From a virus (Duplodnaviria > Caudoviricetes), in IMG/VR virus record IMGVR_UViG_3300017648_000009, positions 1 through 39,642 of that record: a stretch of 39,642 nucleotides of DNA, one strand, 5' to 3'. Under the pieces are notes generated by a model, which worked only from the letters and a program-made list of their open reading frames with translations, did no database searches and was not told where the DNA came from. How positions within the stretch are numbered: the first letter of the stretch is position 1; the number at the start of each line of letters is the position of its first letter. The position numbers and the translations under genes were made by a program. Below, one piece after another: positions 1-9,390 of this stretch.

Positions 1-1
1 C

Positions 2-151
2 AAACACGACGTGCGGCCGGAGAACCTTGCGGCACTCTGCCAACGGTGCCACCTGATCGAGGACATGGCCGATCACATCCGCAACCGCGCCGATAACCGA
101 CGTCAGCGGCAGATCGAGGCCGGCCAGTCGGCGCTACCGGGGGTGCTGTGA
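2..151 (+). CDS. HNH endonuclease-like protein, C-terminal fragment (5' truncated)
   Basis: Frame 2 reads KHDVRPENLAALCQRCHLIED...PGVL*; NL..LCxxCH is the C-terminal half of an HNH motif; its TGA overlaps the next ATG. Confidence 0.7.
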   Translation, partial: KHDVRPENLAALCQRCHLIEDMADHIRNRADNRRQRQIEAGQSALPGVL

Positions 152-651
152 TGGCTCGCTACGCTGAGGGAACCACCGTCTCGATCGAATCGTCGCAGGC
201 TGAGATCGCACGGCTCATCATCCGCTACGGCGCTCGGAAATATGCCAGCGGTTTCGATGAGGACGCTCGATTGGCCGTGATCCAGTTCGAGGCGCACGAC
301 CGGCGCGTGCAGTTTCGGCTGCACATGCCGGACCCGCGCGACGGCCAATTCCGCTTCACCGAGCGTGGGCGCGCGCGCACTGACGTTCAGGTACAGAGTG
401 CCTACCAGGCGGAATGCCGCCGCCTCTGGCGCTCGCTCGTCATGGTCATCAAAGCCAAGCTCGAATCCGTGGAATCCGGGATCGAAACGTTCGAGCAGGC
501 GTTCATGGCGAACGTGGTGCTGCCCGGTGGCATGACCGTTGGCGAGTACATGTCGCCACAGATCGCTGAGTCCTATCGCACCGGCCAGATGCCGCCGATG
601 TTGCCGGGCGTGGATCCGTCGGTGCTGGCGCTGGGCAGGGGGCAGGCGTGA
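151..651 (+). CDS. Conserved phage hypothetical protein
   Basis: 166 aa, coupled by TGATG to the HNH gene; protein-like composition. Confidence 0.75.
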   Translation: MARYAEGTTVSIESSQAEIARLIIRYGARKYASGFDEDARLAVIQFEAHDRRVQFRLHMPDPRDGQFRFTERGRARTDVQVQSAYQAECRRLWRSLVMVIKAKLESVESGIETFEQAFMANVVLPGGMTVGEYMSPQIAESYRTGQMPPMLPGVDPSVLALGRGQA

Positions 652-866
652 GCATTTGCATCTATCCGACCATCGCAATGGCGCGCGATGACAAGTCGGC
701 AGTTCAGTGCATGCACTGTGGCTGCATCGCGGTGGTGCCATCCAAGCGCGTCTATTCCCGCACGCAGCCACTCGGTATCTGCCCGGTGTGTAGCGAGTAC
801 CGCTGGAAACTGCAAATCATTCCGGTCGGTGGAATCGGCGTGCGTGGTGACGAGGGCGAATCGTGA
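648..866 (+). CDS. Small zinc-ribbon protein
   Basis: Two CxxC pairs (CMHC, CPVC); GTGA overlaps at both ends. Confidence 0.6.
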   Translation: MSICIYPTIAMARDDKSAVQCMHCGCIAVVPSKRVYSRTQPLGICPVCSEYRWKLQIIPVGGIGVRGDEGES

Positions 867-1087
867 GCATCCCGCCAAAAGTTCTGCTTGCTGAGCTGCG
901 CCGCTACGCCGTCGCCTGTGAGGCGGAGGCGGCTCGTGCTCGTGTCGTGGCTGACGACGCCTGGCGGCAGCTCCGACAAGCGCGGCAGGACGTGCGGGAT
1001 GACATATTCGCGGCTGCTGACGCGATCTGGCAGGCACGGCTGGAAAACGCGCGCCGGATTCTCGATCGGACAGGAGATCGGCGATGA
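863..1087 (+). CDS. Hypothetical helical protein
   Basis: 74 aa, coupled to both neighbours by 4-nt overlaps. Confidence 0.65.
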   Translation: MSIPPKVLLAELRRYAVACEAEAARARVVADDAWRQLRQARQDVRDDIFAAADAIWQARLENARRILDRTGDRR

Positions 1088-1470
1088 CGATCTCGCAGCA
1101 CGAGTACCAGCGCCAGATCGGCACGCGCATGAGCGAAGCGCAACTGATGAAGCTGGTAATCGACGCTGCGCAAAAACTGGGCTGGATCGTCGCCCACATC
1201 AACGACCGCATGTACTCGCTGGCGATCGCGGCCGGACGTCCGGATGTGATGGCCGGGGCGAAGGGCCTGCCGGATCTGATCATGGCGCGTTCTGGCCGGG
1301 TCATTTTCGCCGAGTTGAAGTCCGCGAAGGGGAGGGTCCGCGCTGACCAGCAGATGTGGCTCGACGAGCTGCAGGCGCGCGTTCCAGACGTGACTCACGA
1401 GGTCTACACCTGGCGACCGGCTGACTGGTTTGACGGGACGATTGAAGCAGTTCTGCGAGGTGATCTATGA
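1084..1470 (+). CDS. VRR-NUC domain nuclease (Holliday junction resolvase-like)
   Basis: SEAQL...GLPDLIM...FAELKSAKGRV..DQ..W PD-(D/E)xK signature; AGGAG SD. Confidence 0.9.
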   Translation: MTISQHEYQRQIGTRMSEAQLMKLVIDAAQKLGWIVAHINDRMYSLAIAAGRPDVMAGAKGLPDLIMARSGRVIFAELKSAKGRVRADQQMWLDELQARVPDVTHEVYTWRPADWFDGTIEAVLRGDL

Positions 1471-1530
1471 ACCTGCGAGACTTCGCAATAGCAAACGTGT
1501 GCGCATACGCACAGCGCATGTTTAGCAATC

Positions 1531-1806
1531 ATGCGAACATTCGTCGTGCGGCCTGTAGTATTCAGCGGTGGTTCTTGCATGCCCTCCAGACGCGACATGC
1601 ACTGGGAATTCGATGTGATTGCCGCCGACGGTCGGCGCTACAAACATCAGTGGTGTGGATCCACAGACATCCTGAGACCGACGATCTATTGGCTTCGCAC
1701 GCGCTATCCCGGCGGGGAGGTCGTCTGCGCCACGATCGATGGTCAACCGCTGGACCTCGGTCCGGTGCCCTTGTACCTCAGACCGATCACGCGACGGGAC
1801 GTGTGA
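1531..1806 (+). CDS. Hypothetical protein (start uncertain)
   Basis: Most protein-like frame in this interval; no clear SD. Confidence 0.45.
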   Translation: MRTFVVRPVVFSGGSCMPSRRDMHWEFDVIAADGRRYKHQWCGSTDILRPTIYWLRTRYPGGEVVCATIDGQPLDLGPVPLYLRPITRRDV

Positions 1807-1883
1807 CCAACTTCTCACGTGGTCCGCCATTTCCAGATCACCCAGCGATCTATCGGACCTACTGACCATCTGAGGAGATACAC

Positions 1884-2219
1884 GTGATCCGACGCATACT
1901 CACCGCACTGATCGCCGCGATGCTGATGCTGGTATCCGTTACCGGCATCGCCATGGCGGCACCGCCTGACCCGTGCGTGCCGGGTGTGACTGTTTCGTCG
2001 TTCACCGACTCGGTGACGCACAACAAGGTCCAGGTGACGACGACCGTCACGTGCCACGCTGACGGCACGGTCGATGACATCAGCTATGAATACGAAACCC
2101 TCGCAGTTTGGCACGCTGATTCTCGTGGCAACGGGAGACTCGTACCCGTGGGTGAGATCACGCGGCCCGGCCCGTGGCAGCCGTGCGGTCCACCGCGCGC
2201 CAGAGATGTCTGCAACTGA
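1884..2219 (+). CDS. Small secreted protein
   Basis: GAGGAG SD; N-terminal signal peptide ending AMA-A; 4 Cys. Confidence 0.7.
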   Translation: MIRRILTALIAAMLMLVSVTGIAMAAPPDPCVPGVTVSSFTDSVTHNKVQVTTTVTCHADGTVDDISYEYETLAVWHADSRGNGRLVPVGEITRPGPWQPCGPPRARDVCN

Positions 2220-2283
2220 CTGAGCCGTTGATCTATCAGGGGAGCGAGACCGGACCTCGCGGCCCTGTCGCTGGAGGACATCG

Positions 2284-2688
2284 GTGATCGCTGTGTACCT
2301 GGAGGCTACCGTGGAGGAGCAGGAGACCTACTACAGTCCGGAGCGGGTGATCGCGCTGCTGCGCCTCTATCCGTACCTCCTGGACTCGCGACCGCCGAAG
2401 GATCCGGAGCTAGGACGGCTGGCGCGCTCGACATTCGGCCCGAGTGGCTGGCGTGAGGAAGCGGCTGCGAAACGGGCGGATATTTGGAGCGCGATCCAGC
2501 AGCTGGAGCAGCGTGACTGGCGTGCGGCCTACTGCGTCCGAGCGTACTATGCGGTCGGACTGTCGCTCACCGCGACCGCATCCTATCTAGCGCGCCAGTG
2601 CGGTCGCGAGTATCACCACAGCACGATCCGAGAGCTCATGGACGCGGGGATTGACTGGATGGCGCGCGATCTTGGGTGGAATGGTTGA
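2284..2688 (+). CDS. Late transcription regulator with C-terminal sigma4-like HTH (Q/RinA/ArpU position)
   Basis: GGAGG SD; AYYAVGLSLTATASYL...STIRELM HTH-like end; last gene before terS. Confidence 0.7.
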   Translation: MIAVYLEATVEEQETYYSPERVIALLRLYPYLLDSRPPKDPELGRLARSTFGPSGWREEAAAKRADIWSAIQQLEQRDWRAAYCVRAYYAVGLSLTATASYLARQCGREYHHSTIRELMDAGIDWMARDLGWNG

Positions 2689-2724
2689 CGCAACCCGCAG
2701 AAACACCTAAGATTTCAGTAGGAT
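2685..2724 (+). promoter_or_regulatory. Late sigma70-type promoter with downstream -10-like pause element
   Basis: TTGACG(2685-2690)-17 nt-TAAGAT(2708-2713), then TAGGAT(2719-2724). Confidence 0.7.
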
Positions 2725-2737
2725 CGAGAAATTGTCG

Positions 2738-2766
2738 AAACCGCCCACCAGGGGCGGTTTTTTGTT
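2738..2766 (+). terminator. Intrinsic terminator between late promoter and terS
   Basis: AAACCGCCC-ACCAG-GGGCGGTTT followed by TTTGTT. Confidence 0.85.
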
Positions 2767-2796
2767 GCTCAGCGACACGGAGCCTGTGGTCGATGC

Positions 2797-3324
2797 ATGG
2801 CGAAACCAGTCAGTGCCGAGGAACGCCAGCAGATTATCGAGGCGTTCGCGACCGGCAAGTCATGCCGTCAGATTGCCCGTGAATTTGGGCGCTCAACGAC
2901 GACGATCAGCACAATCGCCAAAAGCGTTGGTCACGAGTTTGGACAGATAAACACCGAACGCGCGCGAGCCATCAACCACCGCTATGGCGCAGAGTGGCGC
3001 GCAGACATGCGCCAACGGCTGGCCGATGAGGCTGGGCGCCTGTTGGATGACATGCGGAAGCCAGCGCTCGTGTTCAACTTCGGCGGCAAAGAGAATAGCT
3101 ACAACGAACACATCATCGAAGAGCCGGATTTCCGCTCAAAGCGGGATTTGATGCAGGCGGTTTCAACCGCGCTCAAATCAATCCGGGACCTCGACGCGAC
3201 CGACAGCACGACCGGTAACCTCGGTCAGCTCGGCGAGTGGTTCGCTGCGATAGATCGGGCTGCCAGTGAGTATCACGATCCTGCCACCAGCGGGGAAACA
3301 GGCGTGGTCGATCGCGCAGAGTGA
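2797..3324 (+). CDS. terS: Terminase small subunit (N-terminal HTH)
   Basis: GKSCRQIAREFGRSTTTISTI HTH; directly upstream of and overlapping terL. Confidence 0.8.
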   Translation: MAKPVSAEERQQIIEAFATGKSCRQIAREFGRSTTTISTIAKSVGHEFGQINTERARAINHRYGAEWRADMRQRLADEAGRLLDDMRKPALVFNFGGKENSYNEHIIEEPDFRSKRDLMQAVSTALKSIRDLDATDSTTGNLGQLGEWFAAIDRAASEYHDPATSGETGVVDRAE

Positions 3325-4483
3325 CGCTCGGATCAACCTGTGGGACGGCGCTGTTCGCTCTGGCAAAACGTACGCATCTATCTGGCGCTGGATACGGTTC
3401 GTGGTCGAAGGGCCACCGGGGCCGCTGCTGATGGTCGGCAAAACCGAGCGGACGCTGAAACGAAACATCCTCGACCCAATCGCCCAGATGGTTGGAAACG
3501 CTAATTTTCGGCACGTCATCGGTGCTGGCGAGTGCTACCTGTATGGGCGACCGATCATGTTGGCCGGCGCGAACGATGAGCGCTCCGAGGGCAAGATCAG
3601 AGGCATGACGCTCGTCGGAGCCTACGGCGATGAGTTGACGCTGTGGCCTGAGTCGTTTTTCGGCATGCTGCTGTCGCGGCTGTCGCTGCCGGGGGCGCAG
3701 TTGTTCGGGACAACAAACCCGGATAGCCCGTTTCACTGGCTCAACGTCAACTATCTGGAGCGTGAGGCTGACCTGAGCCTGCGGCGCTTTCAGTTCCGGC
3801 TGGAGGACAACCCGTCGCTTCCGGCAGAGTACGTTGAACAGCTCAAACGCGAGTACACCGGGCTCTGGTACAAGCGGTTCATCCTCGGTCTGTGGGTACA
3901 GGCAGAGGGCGCGATCTACGACATGTTCGATCCGGACATCCACGTGGTGGATGAGGATCCAGAGACGGTTGGCATCGTCTACGTCGGCGCTGACTACGGC
4001 ACTGCCAATTCGACCGTGTTCATCGTCGTTGCCTGGGACGTGGAGAACCGGCGCTGGATCGCGCTGCATGAGTACGTGCATGACAGCCGAAAAACCGGGC
4101 GGCAGAAAACGGACGCGCAGTACAGCGAAGACTATCGAGCATTCATGCGGGACGTGGGGCTGTTCCCGCAATCGCTTGAACTCGACCCGAGCGCGGCGTC
4201 GTTCGCGCTGCAATTGCGCCGTGATGGCGTGCAGCATGTCCGGGCTGCTGATAACGCGGTCTTGGACGGCATCCGGGACGTGGCGCGAGCGTTCTCGACT
4301 GGACAGCTCGTCGTCCATCGGCGCTGCCAGCGCCTGATCGCATCGCTCCTCAGTTACACGTGGGACCCGAAAGCCCAAAAACGCGGCGAGGATGCGCCGT
4401 TGAAACAAAACGATCATGAGGCTGACGCGCTGCGCTACCCGGTGCGGCGAGCCATGAGCCGGCGACTACTGGACGCCGCCTGA
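3266..4483 (+). CDS. terL: Terminase large subunit, PBSX-like
   Basis: Walker A GAVRSGKT, Walker B YGDE, TTNP motif, nuclease GADYG and DHEADALRY. Confidence 0.97.
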   Translation: MSITILPPAGKQAWSIAQSDARINLWDGAVRSGKTYASIWRWIRFVVEGPPGPLLMVGKTERTLKRNILDPIAQMVGNANFRHVIGAGECYLYGRPIMLAGANDERSEGKIRGMTLVGAYGDELTLWPESFFGMLLSRLSLPGAQLFGTTNPDSPFHWLNVNYLEREADLSLRRFQFRLEDNPSLPAEYVEQLKREYTGLWYKRFILGLWVQAEGAIYDMFDPDIHVVDEDPETVGIVYVGADYGTANSTVFIVVAWDVENRRWIALHEYVHDSRKTGRQKTDAQYSEDYRAFMRDVGLFPQSLELDPSAASFALQLRRDGVQHVRAADNAVLDGIRDVARAFSTGQLVVHRRCQRLIASLLSYTWDPKAQKRGEDAPLKQNDHEADALRYPVRRAMSRRLLDAA

Positions 4484-4495
4484 CGTGAGGACAGC

Positions 4496-5941
4496 ATGCT
4501 GACCGATCTGACATTCCTCGATCCGGGGCAATCGTGGCCACCGGCGTCTGAGGCGCAGCGCCTGCAGCAGTACTGCGATAACGCGCTGCTGTTCAAGGGC
4601 GAGCATCCAGCCGTGTTCAACGACTGGTACCGGCTGCTGCGCAAGGATCAGCAGGCAACGCTCGAAATCGTCATCAACCTCACCAAACGGCTGTCCACAC
4701 TCTGGGCCGATCTGTTGGTCGGCGAGCCGCCGACAGTGACGGCGTCTGACGAATCGTCAGGCGAGCAGGACGCGGTCAACCGCCTGTTCAACGACAACGA
4801 CCTCGCGATCGTGATGTATGAGGCGGCGCTAGATATCAGCCGATTTGGCGACAGCGTGCTGCTGATTCGGCTCCCGGCGGAGCGTTCGCGTTCAGCGATC
4901 ATCGAGGCGATCTCGCCACAGGTGTGGTTCCCGGTGGTGAGCGCGACCAACGTGCGCGACATCACGGCGCACGTTCTGGGCTGGACATACGACGTCGGCG
5001 CTGGGCGCGAGAAACGCACGTATCTGCGTGTCCAAATCCACACCGCTGGCTGGATCGAGAATCGCCTGTATGAGATCGAGGCGGGTCGCATCCGGCAACA
5101 GCTGGACGGCGCGGCGCTGGAACCCGGCTGGGTTGACAGTGAGGAGACTCGCGTCGATCGTCCGCTTGTCGTGCAGGTGCCTGGGTTGCGTACCAGCGAC
5201 CAGCTGCACGGGCTGGATGATTACGGCGACATCATCAGCATCGTCCAGGAGATGAGCGCACGCGTCGCCCAGATCAGCCGCATTCTCGACAAGCATGCTG
5301 ATCCGTCGATGTACGGCTCAGACGAGAACGTGAAGGTCGATCCGAAGACGGGCGAGACGCAGGTCGACGCAGCTGGAGGTCGCTATTACACGGTCCGTGA
5401 GGGTCAGCAACCGCCGGGTTACGTCACGTGGGACGGGCAGCTCGACGCGGCGTTTCGTGAGCTGGAAGTGCTGCTCGAGTATTTCTATCTGACCAGCGAG
5501 ACGACACCAGCCGCATTCGGCCAGCTCAAGGCGGGGCTTGCCGAGTCAGGATCTGCGCTGAATCGCCTGCTGCTGGCACCGCTAGCAAAGACCAACCGCA
5601 TCAGGCTGCGGATGGACCCACGTATTCGCATTGCGATTCAGACGGCTGCCGATCTGGAGCGCATGAACGGGCGCGGGACACCGGAGATCAAGGGCCTGAC
5701 GATCAACTGGAACGACGGTCTGCCGGATGACATTCGCGAGCAGGTGCAGCTCGAAACGTGGCGCGTCGGCAGCGGCATCAGCAGCCGCTACAAGGCCATT
5801 CAGCGGCTGGATGGCGGTGACGACGAGAGCATTCAGGACGAGATCGACCGCATTGATGAGGATCAGGCCAGTGCTGCCGGCGTGCTCGCTGGCGGCATGG
5901 CACCGGGTCGTCTATCGCTGAATCCTGACGAGGGCCAGTAA
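4496..5941 (+). CDS. Portal protein (SPP1 gp6/A118-like)
   Basis: 481 aa after terL; ESGSAL motif, acidic C-terminus. Confidence 0.9.
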   Translation: MLTDLTFLDPGQSWPPASEAQRLQQYCDNALLFKGEHPAVFNDWYRLLRKDQQATLEIVINLTKRLSTLWADLLVGEPPTVTASDESSGEQDAVNRLFNDNDLAIVMYEAALDISRFGDSVLLIRLPAERSRSAIIEAISPQVWFPVVSATNVRDITAHVLGWTYDVGAGREKRTYLRVQIHTAGWIENRLYEIEAGRIRQQLDGAALEPGWVDSEETRVDRPLVVQVPGLRTSDQLHGLDDYGDIISIVQEMSARVAQISRILDKHADPSMYGSDENVKVDPKTGETQVDAAGGRYYTVREGQQPPGYVTWDGQLDAAFRELEVLLEYFYLTSETTPAAFGQLKAGLAESGSALNRLLLAPLAKTNRIRLRMDPRIRIAIQTAADLERMNGRGTPEIKGLTINWNDGLPDDIREQVQLETWRVGSGISSRYKAIQRLDGGDDESIQDEIDRIDEDQASAAGVLAGGMAPGRLSLNPDEGQ

Positions 5942-6996
5942 TGGACGAACGAGTGATCGCAACGCTGGTCGGGATCTACCGATCGGCGTTTGACGAGCTT
6001 GTCCAGCGCCTGGTACGGGCGGTTGAGCGCGGCACTGATACGGCGTTCCTCCATGCACAACTGATCGACGTGATGCAGCTGCTGTCTGAGTTGGACGCCG
6101 AGGCGCAGCGCTGGATCGGCCAGCACCTGCCCGAGGCGTACCGCGCTGGGCAGCATGCGGCGCTCCAGTCGCTGCAGGATGCAGGCGCCGTGTCACCGAG
6201 GCTGACAGCATCGTTCGCTGGCGTGCATCGGACGGCTGTCGAGCTGCTGGCCGACAACCTGGCGTCTGATCTCAGCGAGGCAACGGCGCTGGTTGGGCGG
6301 CGGGTGCAGGACGTGTATCGCGAGATCGCACTGCAGACGGCGGCGCAGATGAAGGCGACCGGAACGCTAGCGCGGCAGGGCGCGCGAGACATGCGTGACG
6401 AGCTCGTATCGCGTGGCCTGACCGGCTTCGTGGATGGCGCTGGCAGACGCTGGCGTTTGGATGACTACGCCGATATGACGATCCGTACGACGGTGATCGA
6501 GGCGGGGAACCTCGGGCGCGTCAATCAGCTCGCTGACACCGGGCACGATCTGGTGCGCATGACGGAGCATCACCCAACCTGTCCGATCTGTGCGGTCTAT
6601 CAGGGGCGGGTGTACTCAGTCAGCGGGGCCGATCCACGCTACCCAGCACTGTATGAGACCGCGTTCAGCCGGGGCTACAACATCGTTCATCCTCGATGCG
6701 GGCATTCTGTCGCACCGTACATCGAGCATCTAGCCGACGATCCTGAGCGCGATCGGGAGCGTAGCGCAGCGCCGTTCGATGTAGACCCGCGCTCACAACG
6801 ACAGCGTGATGCCTATGAGGCTGGACAGCGGCGCAAACGGCAGTTGCGGCAGGACCGCAGGCAGTGGGAGCGGTACATGCTCGTGCTGCCGGATGAGACG
6901 CCAACGTTTAGCGGCTTCCGGCGGATGAAGAAGGCGAACAGCCGCCGGTGGCAGGACTTGCAGGCAGCGTATCGAGAGAGTCGCGCAGCGGCGTAA
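5941..6996 (+). CDS. Minor capsid / head morphogenesis protein
   Basis: DGAGRRWRLDDYADM, CPICAVYQGRVYS, HPRCGH motifs typical of phage minor capsid (gp7/MuF-related) proteins. Confidence 0.88.
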   Translation: MDERVIATLVGIYRSAFDELVQRLVRAVERGTDTAFLHAQLIDVMQLLSELDAEAQRWIGQHLPEAYRAGQHAALQSLQDAGAVSPRLTASFAGVHRTAVELLADNLASDLSEATALVGRRVQDVYREIALQTAAQMKATGTLARQGARDMRDELVSRGLTGFVDGAGRRWRLDDYADMTIRTTVIEAGNLGRVNQLADTGHDLVRMTEHHPTCPICAVYQGRVYSVSGADPRYPALYETAFSRGYNIVHPRCGHSVAPYIEHLADDPERDRERSAAPFDVDPRSQRQRDAYEAGQRRKRQLRQDRRQWERYMLVLPDETPTFSGFRRMKKANSRRWQDLQAAYRESRAAA

Positions 6997-7008
6997 GGGA
7001 ATGACGAC

Positions 7009-7551
7009 ATGGCGAAGACCTACACATGCGATGTCTGCGGCGTACAGAGTGATTGGGCAGGCGTATCTGAACTGGACTGGCTCGAAGTCACAATGATGGA
7101 CGGGATGTTGATGGATCGGCATTTCTGTTCGTGGGATTGCGCAGCGATTGAAGCGCGAAAGCAGATCGTGCAGCGAGGTGAACGCGGCGAGGTGGGAGTG
7201 TCGATGGCGGCACTTCAGAAACTCGGGGCGATGGTGCGCGAACTTTCTCCGTGGCGCGTATCGAACAGCGTTAGTGACAGAAGCTCGCCAGACGGATTGA
7301 CGTATGACATCGAGTTCACGTTCTCGCCACATCCTGATGTGCCAGACGGAGTGACCGTACGTCGCAGCATCACTCTGAATGAACTGATTGATCGTGCCGA
7401 GCACGGCACGCTGAGGGCGCTGGCAGAGGGCATTGTCAACGACATGATGCTCGCTGCCGTGCAGCCGATCGCAACAGAGCACAAGCCGGTGCGGCTCTTC
7501 TACGGCGATCAGATGCTGGCGACGTTCTACCCCAACGACACAACGGACTAA
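7009..7551 (+). CDS. Hypothetical protein with N-terminal Zn-finger (CxxC...FCSxxC)
   Basis: CDVC and HFCSWDC motifs; AAGGGA SD. Confidence 0.6.
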   Translation: MAKTYTCDVCGVQSDWAGVSELDWLEVTMMDGMLMDRHFCSWDCAAIEARKQIVQRGERGEVGVSMAALQKLGAMVRELSPWRVSNSVSDRSSPDGLTYDIEFTFSPHPDVPDGVTVRRSITLNELIDRAEHGTLRALAEGIVNDMMLAAVQPIATEHKPVRLFYGDQMLATFYPNDTTD

Positions 7552-7560
7552 TCCCACACA

Positions 7561-7605
7561 GGGACGGCAGGTGCCGACGTTCCGGTTCGATTCCGGATCG
7601 TCCCG
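7561..7605 (+). ncRNA. tRNA-like minihelix (acceptor stem + T arm) in the scaffold leader
   Basis: GGGACGG/TCGTCCC 7-bp stem, TCCGG-TTCGATT-CCGGA T arm, 13-nt linker in place of D and anticodon arms. Confidence 0.55.
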
Positions 7606-7664
7606 CTCCGCACGGCGCGGTCAAGCCGGTTGTACGTCGACGGACGGAATAAACGGAGGATCAT

Positions 7665-8351
7665 ATGGTGCTGGATTTCATGCCACATAAGCTGCTGCCC
7701 TATCTCGATGCCGAAGGCGGCACTGGCTCCGGTGGGGCTGGCGGCGATGAAGGCGGAGAGGGTGACGAGGGCGGTGAAGGGACGCAGGGTGGCGGTGACG
7801 CTGGCCGAACGTTCACGCAGGCGGACGTTGACCGGATGGTCGCACGTGAGAAGAAGCGCGCGGCCGATGCGGTGCGTAAGCAGATCGAGGACGAAGCGGC
7901 GAAGGCTGGCCAGTCCGAGGTTGAGAAGCTGAAAAGCGACTTGGCCGAGCGTGACAAGGCGGTCGCGACCGCGACCGAGCGCGCCAATCGTCGGGCCATC
8001 TCGTCTGAGGCGCAGGTGCAGGCGCTGGCCGCTGGCATCCGTGCTGATCGTGTGGCCGCTGCGATCCGGCTGGCTGACCTGTCGGACATCGAATGCGATG
8101 ACGACGGCGAGCCGGACGTTGAGGCGATCAAGTCCAGCATCGCGGCGATCCTGAAGGACTATCCCGAGTGGGCCGCTACGTCATCGGGCGAGGGCGGAGG
8201 CGTCGGGAGCGGCGCGAAGCCCGCCAGCGGTGGCGGTGGCGGCGAGAAGAACCCGTGGTTGCCGGAGCACTTCAATCTGACCGAGCAGGGGCGCATTCTG
8301 CGTGAGAACCCTGATCGGGCCGCGAAGCTCAGGGCCGCTGCGGGTCGGTAA
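7665..8351 (+). CDS. Capsid scaffolding protein
   Basis: RTFTQADVDRMV coiled coil; KNPW...FNLTEQGRILRENP C-terminus; GGAGG SD; precedes major capsid. Confidence 0.9.
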   Translation: MVLDFMPHKLLPYLDAEGGTGSGGAGGDEGGEGDEGGEGTQGGGDAGRTFTQADVDRMVAREKKRAADAVRKQIEDEAAKAGQSEVEKLKSDLAERDKAVATATERANRRAISSEAQVQALAAGIRADRVAAAIRLADLSDIECDDDGEPDVEAIKSSIAAILKDYPEWAATSSGEGGGVGSGAKPASGGGGGEKNPWLPEHFNLTEQGRILRENPDRAAKLRAAAGR

Positions 8352-8382
8352 GTTCATAACCGACTGACAGGAGACATGGCAC

Positions 8383-9348
8383 ATGGCTACGACCAGAATC
8401 ACGGATGTTGTGATCCCTGAGGTATTCAACCCGTATGTTGTACAGCGCACGATGGAACTGTCGGCGCTGTTCGATGCTGGCATTGCCCAGCGGACGCCGG
8501 AATTCGACCGGCTGGCATCGCAGGGTGCCAAGACGATCAACATGCCGTTCTGGGGCGATCTGAGCGGCTCGGACGAGGTTCTCACTGACAGCGGCGCACT
8601 GACGCCAGACAAGATCGCCGCCAATCAGGACGAGGCGGTTATCCTGCGGCGTGGTCGCGCCTGGGGCGCTAACGACCTGGCTGGCAACCTCGCCGGTGAC
8701 GATCCGATGCTGGCAATCGCCGATCTCGTGGCTGCCTACTGGGCGCGCCGTCTGCAGGCCACGCTGATTAGCACGCTCAAGGGCGTCTTCGCCGATTCCA
8801 CCATGTCCGGGCTGGTGCATGACATCAGCGCCGGTACTGGCGGTGCAGAGCTGATTAGCGCGACATCATTCATCGACGCCAACCAGAAGCTGGGCGATGC
8901 GAAGGGCCAGCTGACCGCCGTTGCGATGCATTCGGCCGTCAACGCCTATCTCGCCAAGCAGAACCTGATCGACTACGTCCACGACTCCGAAGGCTCGCCC
9001 GCTGTCCCGACCTACATGGGCAAGCGCGTCATTGTCGATGATGCGCTGACGGCGTCCAGTGGCGTCTACACCACGTACCTGTTTGGTGTCGGCGCGCTGG
9101 CCTACGGCGAGGGCAACCCGGTCGCGTTTGTGCCGACCGAGACGGACCGTGACTCGCTGGCTGGTGAGGACTACCTGATCAACCGCAAGACGTTCATCTT
9201 GCATCCGCGTGGTGTTGCGTTCCAGAGCGCGTCGGTGGCCGGTTCGTCGCCGACCAACACGGAGCTGGAGAATGACGCCAACTGGGCGCGCGTCTACGAG
9301 GTGAAGTCCATCCGGATCGTGCAGTTCAAGCACAAGATCGGCAGCTAA
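8383..9348 (+). CDS. Major capsid protein
   Basis: MATTRITDVVIPEVFNPYV, INMPFWGDL, ILHPRG, NWARVYE features of a siphovirus coat family; AGGAG SD. Confidence 0.93.
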   Translation: MATTRITDVVIPEVFNPYVVQRTMELSALFDAGIAQRTPEFDRLASQGAKTINMPFWGDLSGSDEVLTDSGALTPDKIAANQDEAVILRRGRAWGANDLAGNLAGDDPMLAIADLVAAYWARRLQATLISTLKGVFADSTMSGLVHDISAGTGGAELISATSFIDANQKLGDAKGQLTAVAMHSAVNAYLAKQNLIDYVHDSEGSPAVPTYMGKRVIVDDALTASSGVYTTYLFGVGALAYGEGNPVAFVPTETDRDSLAGEDYLINRKTFILHPRGVAFQSASVAGSSPTNTELENDANWARVYEVKSIRIVQFKHKIGS

Positions 9349-9390
9349 TCCCGGCGCTGATTCGTCGGAACAACGCGAAGGGATACAAAC

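Noticed and set aside
1467-1865. 132-aa ORF with a GAGGTG SD
   Set aside because: Arg-rich, non-protein-like after ~20 aa and overlaps the more plausible 1531-1806 frame; not fully excluded
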